Positions 1 through 12,190 of a stretch of 64,000 nucleotides of DNA are shown piece by piece. Within the stretch, counting starts at the first letter, position 1. Every line of letters begins with the position of its first letter. The translations under genes were made by a program, and so were the position numbers. The stretch comes from Kudoa neothunni (lineage: Eukaryota > Animalia > Cnidaria). A model generated the notes under the pieces. That model searched no databases. It saw nothing but the letters and a program-made list of their open reading frames with translations, and was not told the DNA's origin. The stretch spans positions 3,089,189 to 3,153,188 of the forward strand of contig OZ199840.1 in NCBI GenBank assembly GCA_964304625.1. The letters run 5' to 3'.

Positions 1-329
1 TATTATATATTAATATTGGCTATATCCAGAGAAATCGTCATCTGAGCCAATAGCTTGTTGAAAGATGAAAATTGCACGGATCCGTGTCATTAGCCAGTTC
101 CAACAATGTGTGGTCATAAGGATGATCCTCTGCTGGCTAAATTGGACAAAATGAGAATACTTACGCAGCAACAGAAAAAATATCACGCATAAAATATAAA
201 ATGTTTATAAAGCTACAATCGTTATATTTTGGTGTATGGGTTACAAAAAGCAATACAACAGCCAGTAGCACATGAAAATCAAACTGATTACACATGCAAT
301 ATAAGCATTGTGCGAATGAGGAGTACGCT

Positions 330-3300
330 TTAGATGGCAGTTTCTGGAAAAATTTCGAAATATTTATCGATAATTGTGGTGAAAAACGATGTAAACACAG
401 GTCCATCCTGGTTGATCATAGTGACAGACTCGATAGCAGGTCTAACAATTGTAGGCCACCAGCATAATGAGAGATTATTGGGCATCATTTGGTTGGTAGA
501 ACTGTATTTGGATACACTATACAATGGCAATTAAACCAGCAAAAATCATCAAAATGCAATACTTGTTGAGATGTTTCATAAGAGATTTAAATGTTTCAAA
601 AGAAAACCTATCCAACTGAGAACAAATGGCCTGGATAGTGCCAATAGGTATGTCATTATTTTTCGGTTTATCTACACAATGTATTATAGAAATATGACAA
701 TAGAGAAACTACTTAGCAACTGAACTAATAGTGCTTGAGGAAACAAAGGCGTTGGAAGTGACTTTATAAAACTTTTTAGAGAACTTGTAAACACATGCAC
801 ATTATATTCGAGATTGGTAAGATTGATATCGTTATCTAAAGGTGAGATAGATATAGAATAAAAAATTTGATTTATATTTCAGTATTGAATTTATTGGCAC
901 GACAGAACTAGAATTCTGCAGTGTCTAGATAGGTTTAATGAGCAAGTGGATATTTATGGTAAGTCAGTCTTCCAACTAAACCGCGTTTATAACTCTAGAC
1001 ATCACAAACTAACCTAATCTAACAATTGGAATATTAGGCGTCGTGTCAATAATTTCATTTTTTAATTTGAATTTTGAAAACAATAAATTTACCCTGAGAA
1101 AAACTACTAATGAGTTGATCTATGTTGTGTTTACGCCCACTTAATCGATATAAACCTTCAGTTTGTAGACCGATCTCCTCGATATGTTGGATAACCTTGT
1201 CCATAAATTTGGGCGTGCCGTTTTCACCATCGCAGACATCACACAAAGGTTTTCCAATGAAACCATTATCACAATTATCATTCACATTATAAGAATTAAG
1301 ATCCTTTTTGGTTTTTATAGTACTCCATTGTTCAATTTTATCCAAAACAGACATCGTGTGATTTTTATCGTTCGTAGCTGAGCTATGATTGGGTGGTAAT
1401 GCTCCAATAATGTTAGAATTCAACGTTTGTGAACCTCCAGAAATAAGTCTTTTGGAAGCTTTCGATTTGATATTATTAAACATTTTGTTGAATTGATTGG
1501 AGATCTTGTTTTTATCGGCTAATTTATTTTTTTTCTTTATGGTCGAATTTGGTAGATCATTACCTAGAATATCAAAATATGGTCACGACAATAGAAATAA
1601 TAGGAATACTGTCATTTTTAAGGGTCAACGAAGAATTTTTGCATCCAAGTGATAAGGTATTCAAATAGCCACCAGAGATGATATCAAGGCAATGCTGTGC
1701 ATCGTTTTGATTGGTATCTCCAGATTTATTGGTGTCACTGCTGGTGAGGTCACTGGTGGTTAACGAACCTGACCTAGCGTTGGAAGCGGTGACAATAGAG
1801 GCAGCATTAGTCAATGAGGATTTTGGCGGTTGATGTCGCCGGAGTTTATTGAAACGTTCCGGCTGTTTGTGTTCCTTCATGTTTAATGTACCACCACCAC
1901 CACCACCATGATCACGATCACGATCAATCGAGTTGGAAACCAAATCGATATTACTACTGACTTTATCCGAACCATCATTGATATCATTGTAGGAAAGTAG
2001 TTTGGTGCTGGTAGAGTTTTCCACTGCTCCATAGGCATTTTCAACCAATCTGCCGTCACATAATGAGGCAGCTGTAGCAGATTTATCGCCTCTTTTTATT
2101 CGATTGGTGGTCCATTTCCTGGATTTACTAGCACCACTGGCAATAGAAATGGTGTTTGCACTAGCAGGGGTGATACATTGGATTCTTATGCCAAGCCACT
2201 TTAGAGCTGGTATTATAAAATGATGCGATATGTGTTGAGGGGCCGGTGGCTGTTATTGTTTGTCGCCCTTTTTTAAATCTGGAACCGGCCAACAGCTTGT
2301 AAAGTTGGATTCTTTGCCAAGTGTGTCCAGGTTGCTAACCACCGAACCACCAGCGGTGATATCGTCAATGGATTCCGAAATTGAATAGCTGTACTGGGTG
2401 TTATTTTCGCAGCACAGATCAAAAAATGTATTCAATTTTCGAACTAAAGAATTAGAATTAATAGATTGATCGGACATTACAAATCCCAATGGTGAGCGAT
2501 CAATTCCCAAGTTCACCACCCCGTTAAAACCGTGAAAGATCCTCGGTAAGAGCGTGAAACTGAAGTTGGAAGCCTTTGTTAATCTACCCTCATTATTGAA
2601 ATCTGACACCATAAATGTTTCAATTGTTTAATTGTTTACTTAATCACATTATTGATGTGTTTTAAAAAACTACCTAAATTCCAGTGTTTAACTTGTTGGA
2701 TTAATCGCTCTGTTAATCTGAATTTAAGTAGTGCGCCAAAAAAAAATACAAGCTTCGAACAGTGTCGGGATAATCCTTCATCAGAGAGTAGCTGAATAGC
2801 GCTTTTGGTTGCAAGTTGGGTGTGTTGACAGACATTGCAATCAACACCGCAGGGCGATTTTCGTAGATTGGCCAACACACAGATTATATGGGTAGGCATT
2901 CCCAAATTTCGATGCATTAGTGCACGCATAGCCTCAATTGATGCCAATCTTCCAGTTGTGCATACCGCTATAATTCCACCAATTTTACTCCATTTATATG
3001 TGGCTATATGGGTAAAAATAAGAATTAAGAATGTTTAAAAAAAGGTTTGTTTGTAAATACAGTGATATGGAACAAAAGTGATGTCAATGTAATGAGCGTT
3101 TTTGGTTTGAGATGACTCGAAAAGGATACGAAAGGTGTTGCTCTCACTGAAGAAGTAGTACTTTCTATTGAAGATAATCATACGAGCAATCATTTCAATA
3201 GGAAAAGGGTCACCACACATCATACTCACAGCAACACTACAAATAAAACATAATTAATATCGTTCTATCAGAGTAGCCCTTGGTATTATCGTTGGTACTT

Positions 3301-6300
3301 TATTTTGTGGCCTACTTCCAAATTGTACTGAGTGATGTAATCGTAGTTTCGTATTAGTGTGTAGAGTATGGATTTAAAGCATTCTTCAGGGGTTGATTCT
3401 ATTTGTTCCACGTTGAATTCGTATCTAACAATCGAAATTTAGGAAAATAATTGCTAATTTGACGCGTTAAAACGTTAAAACAAGTGATTGGACGTAAAAA
3501 TAAATCTTAATATAAAAACAATTAGTCATGAAAACAAAAGCCGGATTAGGATTAGGTGGTTATACAAACTGTTAATTAGGCGGTTTATATTAGTTAATTA
3601 AGCATACACATCTAATTTAATGGTGAATAAAAGATTATAGAGGCATTACAATGAAGCAAGTCTAGACATAAATCTTCTACTGTCCAGTGGCAGGCTTGAC
3701 ATATCGCCCTTTCTATTCACACTACTGCTTCTTTTATCTCTTGTTGAACTTCTTTGGCTCGGTGATAATGAATCATGCCTCGACAAGGACGAATGTTCAC
3801 TATCTAGGTGCCGATTTTTGGCGGGCTGAAAAATAGTCACCGAATTGACAACGCGTTTTGTTGTCAAATCAGTTGATTAGCATCCAAATCTTGATACACC
3901 ACATTGGAGAATGAGTTGATAAAGTTGTACAACAACGAGTGTGTGTCGTACTGAGAAAAATACACGAAAAAATTGATATAAGATATGGGTATGAATTTTT
4001 GTTCGATGTGTTTGATATTACCCCAGTTGCTTTCGAACCAAATCAATCGAAACGGAAATGACACATCATTAAACAAGAATTTGTCCGTCGGTGCATCACC
4101 GCCACTAGTGTTATTGTTATCGAGGCCGTTTTCACGCCAACTCATAATGTTATTGAAAGTGAATGTCGAGTTTAGAACCGGCTCACATTTGCTACCACTA
4201 TAATGTTTCAACACAGCCTTATAGAGACTTTCAAATTGAGCTTTAGGGCAGATAACAAAAATATTGATGGTGTTTTCGGATGTGAACTCTTGACTAGGCA
4301 ACATTTTGAATGGAACCCTAAATGAAATCAAGTAAAAATCGTGCTACATGTATGAGAAGGTGTGTAAGAGTTTATTTGTCATTGAAGCAATAGAAACTAC
4401 ATACAGGAAATGAGGAAATGTGCTGGTAAACACATTAACAAGATTTCTAATGCATGACGATTCGTCAACAGAATTCAATATACAAAGAGCGGCACGATCT
4501 CGACTGGCCAAATGATTGATTATCCAGCCGTCACGAGCACTTGTCAACCTTCCGTCCAATTTTTTGAAGCGTTCGTCGTTTTGAAGAAGGTTTCTAACCG
4601 AACCCATTTTAAATTTGCCTTGCAGCAGTGCATCAATCGCTATGACATTTTCAAACAACAGTTCGTGGAAATTTCGTTTCGCTTTCTCTTTAAGCATTTC
4701 AGAGTATTTAGTAAAAATGGGCGTAAATTCGTACTCCATAATAGCCTAAAACAAAAATCAGCAATACGTCGAGATTGGCAGCAGCAGCAGCAGCTTCATG
4801 AGTAACAACCAGCTAATTATTGATGGTTATTCTCGACATGCCATTTCAAACACAGGAGGCAGTTAATAAAAATTATATGCGATATCATGATATCATTTTG
4901 GTGGTTAGTTTATTGTTACCATGATGATTCATTTGAACAACATCTGGTTTAATTAATAAAAAGTTATTTTCTAAATATATTATTAATTACGAATCAGTTA
5001 ATTTACTAAAAATCACCAATTGTTTAGTTAACGCTTTGTTAAATTAGATAATTAATTGCTTTTTGGCTATTATATAACCAATTAACTAATATTTTGTTGG
5101 TTGGCAATTGGTTAATTAACCAATATCTTTTTAATATGACAATTAAATAATTAATTAGTATCTTTTCAGATGCCAATTAGTTAATTAACCAACATCTTTT
5201 TAGAAGAAAATTAATTAATTAACATTGTTTAAGATGACAATTAATAATTAATAATGATAAAAGGAACAATTAGCTGATTGGAAATGGAATAATTGAGTAC
5301 CTGAGATAGACGATCATAACCACGAAAGAGCAATTTGTAGGCCACTTCTTCAACAGCATCACACGATCGGAACTCTCCTTCATCGATCATTTTAAGTAGT
5401 TGCTCTTCGAGTTGACTACCAACAGCTTCTTGATTATTTTTTTCGGCCAAGTCAAGTAGGAAACGATCAAATTCGATCCTACAATCGTCAATATCGAGAA
5501 AGTCCAATGGAACTTTGAATTTGAACAGTCTACTTGCAATGTCATCGTCGACCACGAACAAATAGATGAAATTGTTCAATCTTTCGACACTATTCCAGTA
5601 ATGAGACTCGGAGTTTTTCACAAAAAAATCGTTGAAATTGGAGATATTTTCCAAATAATTCAAACATTTGTCCCATTTCCAGGAGCACACGGACAGCGAT
5701 TTGATGTCGGAAAAAATCGAGTATAATGCACTGACAAAAGTTGACATGTATTTTCTTCGGAGCCATTTTTCCACTAGAGTGTACCGTTGAATGTAAACAG
5801 CTTCAAAGATGTTGGAAAGTTTTTCAGTGCCAAATAAACACACGTTTTCATTTAGAACATTGATATCATCTTGGTTGTTGCTGGATTGTACGAGCTGGTA
5901 AAACTTGGTGTAGTTGTAATTTTGAGTGGCAAGCTGTTCTGCAAACTTTGAGATTAGACCAATAAATTTTTGTGCTTGTTGATTGAGAGATAGACAATTT
6001 TTCGCAAATCTAACCTGAAAGCAAGAGATACTATCTGTATATTTCGGCAAATGGTTGAGTGAGATCATTTGTTCACTGGTGTTTTCAGAGTATTTGTGTG
6101 AGTTGAGCGGTAGAATCCAGTTATCGATTGATTTTTTCCGTATGGCGTCAAACAACTTGATTTGCTGCACTAACGCTTGACCACTGGTCGCATTCATTAT
6201 GGATTTCCGGTAGTAGTGCAGGTAGACCAATGTTTCAAAACAATTCACTACATTCACATTGTACAATGAAGACACCTCAATCAGAGGAAGATCGAGTTGA

Positions 6301-7109
6301 TTTTTGTCGATGAAATCTTTCAGCACCTCCAACATATCCTCACTTTCGAACGAATCACATTTTGATGCCGCTATCAAAACCGACACTTGGCTGTCAATCA
6401 ACTTTTGTCGAATTCGATTGTAGAAACCCAACACAAACGACAACTGTTGATTCATAAATTGGATATTCTCTTCCACACTAACCACCACAATGTAACAATC
6501 AATAGCAAATTGATTTTCGTGATAGCCAGTACGAAAAGAATCTTTCACATAGTTGTTAGGATTTATCACCTGATCGTAACACATATAACCAATCTTTTTC
6601 GATGAACAAAACATATTTTGAGTGATATATTTGAGATGGTCTCTATAGATAGTATTTTGGTCGGGTTGATGATCGGTGTAGAATGAAGACGATTCGCACA
6701 AATAAGTGAATTCCAACACATTGATCATTTGGTCGATACCCTTTCCAAAATTGTCATCATCACGTACACTATTAGTACTGATATCGCTATTGCTTCTAAT
6801 AGAGTATTTTTTAGAGTGGGGTTCATCATCAATTTTCAGACTCACTGTTCTGCTACCCCAATACAAAAATTGATCATTGTTAATTACACTCGATAATTTC
6901 ATGGTGTCTTGAGGAAACAATGACTCGTGTGAACTGCATTGTTTATCTTCATCCGGCTTCATATAACGATTGCATATAAAACTTTTCCCAGGTTTCGCAT
7001 CATAACAACACTCTTGGGTATCGATGGGTAGACCCACAACAGCTATATTCCATGGAACCGAACTGGTATGGAATGCCTTTTGAGTAGTTTCACTTTTAAC
7101 TCCTCCCAT
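330..7109 (-). CDS. ARHGAP35: p190 RhoGAP (ARHGAP35/ARHGAP5 family), 13 inferred exons: 7109-5301, 4745-4405, 4317-3900, 3825-3650, 3424-3299, 3236-3061, 3003-2674, 2602-2286, 2249-1610, 1563-1093, 835-713, 671-563, 516-330
   Basis: N-terminal GTPase-like domain WNIAVVGL..GKSFICNRY..VINNDQFLYWG..SKCD; FF-like segment KAKRNFHELLFE; pseudoGTPase motif VAVSMMCGDPF and RLASIEAMRAL; RhoGAP domain with arginine finger EGLYRLSG and NQMMPNNLSLCWWPTIVRP. Phase-consistent GT-AG introns. Junctions between 2250 and 3900 are less certain. Symbol denotes the family; ARHGAP35 vs ARHGAP5 cannot be distinguished. Confidence 0.92.
5100..5260. repeat. Degenerate ~34-bp minisatellite in p190 intron 1
   Basis: Units such as caattggttaattaaccaatatctttttaatatga, caattaaataattaattagtatcttttcagatgc, caattagttaattaaccaacatctttttagaaga; 18-bp palindrome attggttaattaaccaat at 5107-5124. 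Confidence 0.7.
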
Positions 7110-7169
7110 TAAACAATCAATGAATCAATCAGAAGGTCATAAGCAGATTTATTCGCATTCAACCGTTAA

Positions 7170-7177
7170 TGCGCATG
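7170..7177. promoter_or_regulatory. NRF1-like motif TGCGCATG upstream of p190 RhoGAP
   Basis: About 60 bp upstream of the ATG at 7109; the same 8-mer precedes USB1 and ECT2. Confidence 0.5.
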
Positions 7178-8252
7178 TCTTCATATGTGATCTTAGATTT
7201 TTTCGGTGGGTATTTCAACGTTATACATTTCGATAACACTAAAAATTATTGTTGTCTTTCAAGCTCTACATATACTCAATCAGATAATTAGATTTCATAA
7301 CATTTAACACTCAAATTATATCCAATATAATACAATTGAACTATTATGCTATCAAATTATGGTGCATTATTGTTTAATTAATTTTAAGCTGTATCCAATT
7401 ATCAACCCAACAACTCTTTTGTATTTTATTTCAATGAAGAACAAAACCTTTTTGAAACAGTATTCGAGATGGATCGTCAACCTAATCCCCCTATATTCCT
7501 GATCAAATTACAGTACAAATACTGTGTAGTCTCCCAACCACGCTCACCTACAGCAAAACTCCATCACGTTAAGTATGTGCTACTAAATTATTTTGTTCAA
7601 ATTCACATCAACAAATAGTAACTGATTTTCTGTTATTAAAGCACAAGACATGTAGAAAATATGGCTTATATTACGGCGAGCGCATAAAAATTTTAAGCTT
7701 GATATATCATCTTCTATCGGATGATTTTGCTAGATATAATACCACAGCCAAGTGTTATTCTACACCTTCGTAATACGATTTAACTTCGAATTAATTTATT
7801 GTTATTTGTGGTGGTAAACTTTTAAGCTTATTAACAGATCTTGGCCCAATCAATTTTAATATTTGTGTATTGGTAGCTAATGTTTAATCCAACAATTAGG
7901 TTATATTCTCTATGCTTTATTTTAGAAAGCTCGCAAAAATAGTTACACAAAGGCTTAGTGGGTCCCTTTTATGTCCAAGTATAGATTGATCGAATAAAGT
8001 CATTTAATTGTTGTATGATGTTTTTTTATAGTTTTTTGACTAAAAATATTCATAGGATGTGATTTTTGTAATATTTAGCTATACGATTGACTTTTTGATT
8101 CTGATAATGGTGAAGGAGACGACTACTCGACTTCAACCTCAAACTTCACTTATTTCCGCCGATTTTTTATGATAATTTTTTTACAATTATGGATGGTGGG
8201 CAGGAGCATTTAACTCCCAACAAATTTAATTACAAAATTTAAGCAACCTGCA

Positions 8253-8555
8253 GATTAATCCTCTAGTTGTTTTACTTAAGTCTGTACTATATTAGGATTT
8301 AAATTGTTACTTCTTATTTGTAACATATATACTTCATAGTTACACACTTCTTATTGTCATTAATGAATCATACATTTTCTCTCCATGATGGGTTTGAAAA
8401 TTTGTGATAATAATAGAAGATATTAGGTAAATGTAAAACTTGTCGCATTAGAAAACACTCTTTTGTACACCTTTGTTAATCACCACTTTTTTTCTTTATT
8501 TTCTTTAATAACATAAACACGTTTGGTGCGCAAAACTTTAACTCCAATAAATAAT
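8253..8555 (+). repeat. Left arm of 303-bp near-perfect inverted repeat (partner 10420-10722)
   Basis: Reverse complement of 10420-10722 with one mismatch seen; TTAA at outer edge 8255-8258. Confidence 0.95.
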
Positions 8556-9608
8556 TTCGAAGGGTTAACCGATTCCTCCTTCGAGCAAAATCGTTCCGAC
8601 GTGTAAACTTTCGTCTGTTTACAAAAACTGACTGTTTTCTATATTCTTCGCATATTTCAACATATTCGTTACTTATAATAATTTTAATTATTTTTTAACA
8701 TAATTATTTTACCAACAGGTGAGTTTAAGGGCTCAGTATAGTGGTGTTATATTTTACAAACTGAAAAAGTTCATTTATTCGTACCTAATGAATGAAATAT
8801 AAATTTAACTAATATTTATTGTGTTAGAATAAGATATTTGGTTTATAAATTTTCTTGAAAATTTTAGCGTGAAATATTTCATTATTTAATTTTCAAAAGT
8901 AGAATTTTAAGGTGTAAATTACCCCTCTGAAAAAATTATAAACCAGTAAATTTGTCTCAAAACGTTAAATTAAGTGGAGCAGTTATCCAAATATTAAATA
9001 GACTATTTCCATGGTAATGTACTTAAATTAACCTGAGATGTCTAATACGTTTAAACTATTTTTTTGACTCCACATTTTGAATAAATATAAAAAATTTTAA
9101 AAATCTAATTTGACATTTTTATGTCTTTACTAATAGATGGAACCATAAAATTGTAATATTATGTGGAAAATGTGAAAAAGAATGAATCAACTTCCATAAA
9201 TCAGTACACGATGTTCTTATTTTTTTCGTTATATAATCTTCATCTATGTTTAAAAATCTCATTATAAATTAATTTTAAAGAAAAATATTTCGGCTATAAA
9301 AATTATCTGTGATCTACTGTATGTACAAAGCTGAAGTGTCCATGTGCGTCCGAATTTTTTTTCCTATAGAGAGACATTTATGAAATTTTTTAAAAATCAC
9401 AATCTTTCAAACAATCTTTAAATTATTTTTACACTACAAAATATTCCCAAAAATATTCAGAAAATAGTGATTTCGTCGATTCAAAGTTTGTTTAACGGAT
9501 TACCCGGTTACAACAACAGGATTAATAGCTGCGTATGTCATGGTGAAGGACGGTTGAAGTTAACTTTCCTCCTTATATGCTCTATTAAATGTCAATTAAA
9601 CGATGACA

Positions 9609-10281
9609 TCTATCTTTATGTATAAGGTTGGCGTTTCTTTGTGGGTGTTTGTACAAATACACTCCTTATTTGTGGAGTTTTAACGTATATGACTTGGTAA
9701 GTATATTTTAAAAGTTTTATTAACGGTTTAAAATATGAGAAAAACTCTATGTTGATATTGAACCTATTTTTAGCTGTTTGCTTGGTAAAAATGCACTAAT
9801 GTTTATGACGGGCCAGGCGATGCTAATTTTAGCAATATCAATTTATTTTCATACGTTTTCTTCAATCACTATTACTGTTTCAATTTTGTTATCTCCCAAC
9901 AACTTAGCGGTGACACAGTTTCCAAACTAGGCCAGAATTCGACTCTTATAAATCTCCCTGGTTAAAAAATAACGTTTTAGGTAACATTTTAACGGGGTTT
10001 AAATAATTCAGGAACGAATAAAATATGATGCTAACCTTAAATTTTTTTGCGTTGGTGCCGAGCCACGAAATTTTTAAATGAACGCCGGGATTGTAACACT
10101 CCTTCAAAGAAATGATCATAGTTTAAATTTCATAATCAAAATTGTTAAAGTATGTTGCTTACAAATTTTTAATTATTTTGTTTCTATGGGTTAATTCGAA
10201 ACTTCAATATATTTTTTTAATGCTATTAGAAAATATCTCAGACGAAGTATTCCCCAAGCGACGTTGGGCAGTTCCCACTAG
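9609..10281 (+). mobile_element. Non-autonomous Helitron
   Basis: 5' A|TCTATCTTTATGTATAAGG; 3' hairpin CCCAAGCGACGTTGGG followed by CTAG|T; inserted between A and T with no TSD. Confidence 0.7.
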
Positions 10282-10419
10282 TATTTTTTAAAGACATTAT
10301 TCATCTGGTACATTTAATTATTTTTGGCCCATCGCTCCGCTCTTAGGGGTCAGAAATAATTAAATATAGTCAAAACTAGCGTCACCTGAATATTATTTAC
10401 AGTGCCAATAACCACTTCC

Positions 10420-10722
10420 ATTATTTATTGGAGTTAAAGTTTTGCGCACCAAACGTGTTTATGTTATTAAAGAAAATAAAGAAAAAAAGTGGTGATTAAC
10501 AAAGGTGTACAAAAGAGTGTTTTCTAATGCGACAAGTTTTACATTTACCTAATATCTTCTATTATTATCACAAATTTTCAAACCCATCATGGAGAGAAAA
10601 TATATGATTCATTAATGACAATAAGAAGTGTGTAACTATGAAGTATATATGTTACAAATAAGAAGTAACAATTTAAATCCTAATATAGTACAGACTTAAG
10701 TAAAACAACTAGAGGATTAATC
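10420..10722 (-). repeat. Right arm of 303-bp near-perfect inverted repeat
   Basis: Reverse complement of 8253-8555; TTAA at 10717-10720. Confidence 0.95.
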
Positions 10723-10736
10723 CGAACGTTTCTTAA

Positions 10737-12113
10737 CTCTCCAGCGATTTTGTATTGAGAATATCTTTTTATTTTATTTATTAAATATCACCGAATTTAC
10801 GTCATTCCTCGAACATACAATGATTTATTTTTACTAAACAAATTGGTAAAAACTGATGAAAAGAAAAAATTTTATTTAAATATTACACTCGAACGTTTTT
10901 TGGGATTAAGTTTACCCCATGTATTTATTACTTCAATCTAAAGAGTATCTTGTAAGTAATCAAATAATAAATTATTAGTTAAACCAAACAAGTAGATTTG
11001 AAGAAAACAATGAACAGAATGTCTGGTTGGGACAAGGTGCTTGTGTGCGTAATGTATAATTCTAAATGAATGACGCAAGTGATTTCATTGTCGAATATAC
11101 CTCATCTGGAAGCGAATTTGACCATAAAGTTTTTGAGAAAAGTGATATATCGGACCCAGAAATAGATCCCATAGATATTAATGATAATAATTTAAAAAGT
11201 GAAAATGGAATTATTTGGAGTTTATCAAAGTCACCTACGAGAAAAACCTGTGCCGAAAACATAATGAATTCCATATTTGATGCTATTTCATATGCTGTAG
11301 CGAAAATAAAATCATTCATTGATTGTTTTTGTTAAATATTACCTCAGAATTCGGTAGTATTCTCATAAAGTATACAAAAATACGCTTGGAAATCACTATT
11401 TCAATGATGAGTGGCATGATACCAATGAAATTGGAATTAAAGGTTATGTGGGCCTTCTAATACTAGTAGTTATTCATAAGGATAGACAAGTACCATTGAT
11501 AATACTGTCATCGATACGTCTAAAAATTTAAAACTTTATACGATAATGCATTGATGCATGCATTACAAAGCAGCCAAGGGTGGGGTTGATAATGTGGATA
11601 GAATGTTGGCATGAATTTCTATCCAAAATTTTGAAAGAAGATGGTTGTTTATCGTCTTTTTCAACATGATAGATACCTCCTTGATTAATGCATTTGCATT
11701 ATTCAAAGACATTTAATTCAGAGAAAAAATTAAGGAGACTTTTTGAAAGAGATTTCTGAAGAATTGTACAATTCACTGTAAATAGAACCTCCAGAAAAGT
11801 TATCGAAAGAAATTTAAATAATTCATATATTCTAATGAAGAACCAAGTTTAAATAAAAAATCGTCGAGTTGAGATTATTGTAAAAGATAAAATGATAAGA
11901 GAAACTCTAAGTGGTGTCATAATCGAGATCAGTTTGAGATTATTTGGCGTAATTAATACAATATTCCAATGATTCTACTCGTTTAAATTTAACAATATTT
12001 TGTATTCCCAAATTAATTATTTTTTTACACACATCGACACAATAAAAAAGTGGGGTAATTTTTACCCCAAATGTGTTACAGGGGTACCGTTTTTGTTTAA
12101 GATCGTTAGGGAA
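10737..12113 (+). mobile_element. Decayed, internally deleted piggyBac
   Basis: TTAA at 10733-10736 and 12114-12117; imperfect TIR CTCTCCAGCGAT / TTCCCTAACGAT; acidic N-terminus (ORF 11066-11335) and C-terminal remnants KGGVDNVDRML..RRWLFIVFFNMIDTSLINAF. Confidence 0.8.
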
Positions 12114-12190
12114 TTAAAATTTGGAATTAAATGATCCTGCCGACCATCTATAACTGTTAAAAAATTATCGTAAAAGAATGGGCGTAAATA

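Noticed and set aside
2253-2255. TAA-to-Gln genetic code reassignment (CAA TAA CAG in frame)
   Set aside because: Long exons (about 1000, 600, 420 and 390 codons) contain no in-frame TAA/TAG, and TAA terminates p190, USB1, INTS15 and COPA.
5100-5260. CRISPR-like array
   Set aside because: Degenerate tandem units without unique spacers, in a eukaryotic intron, with no cas genes.
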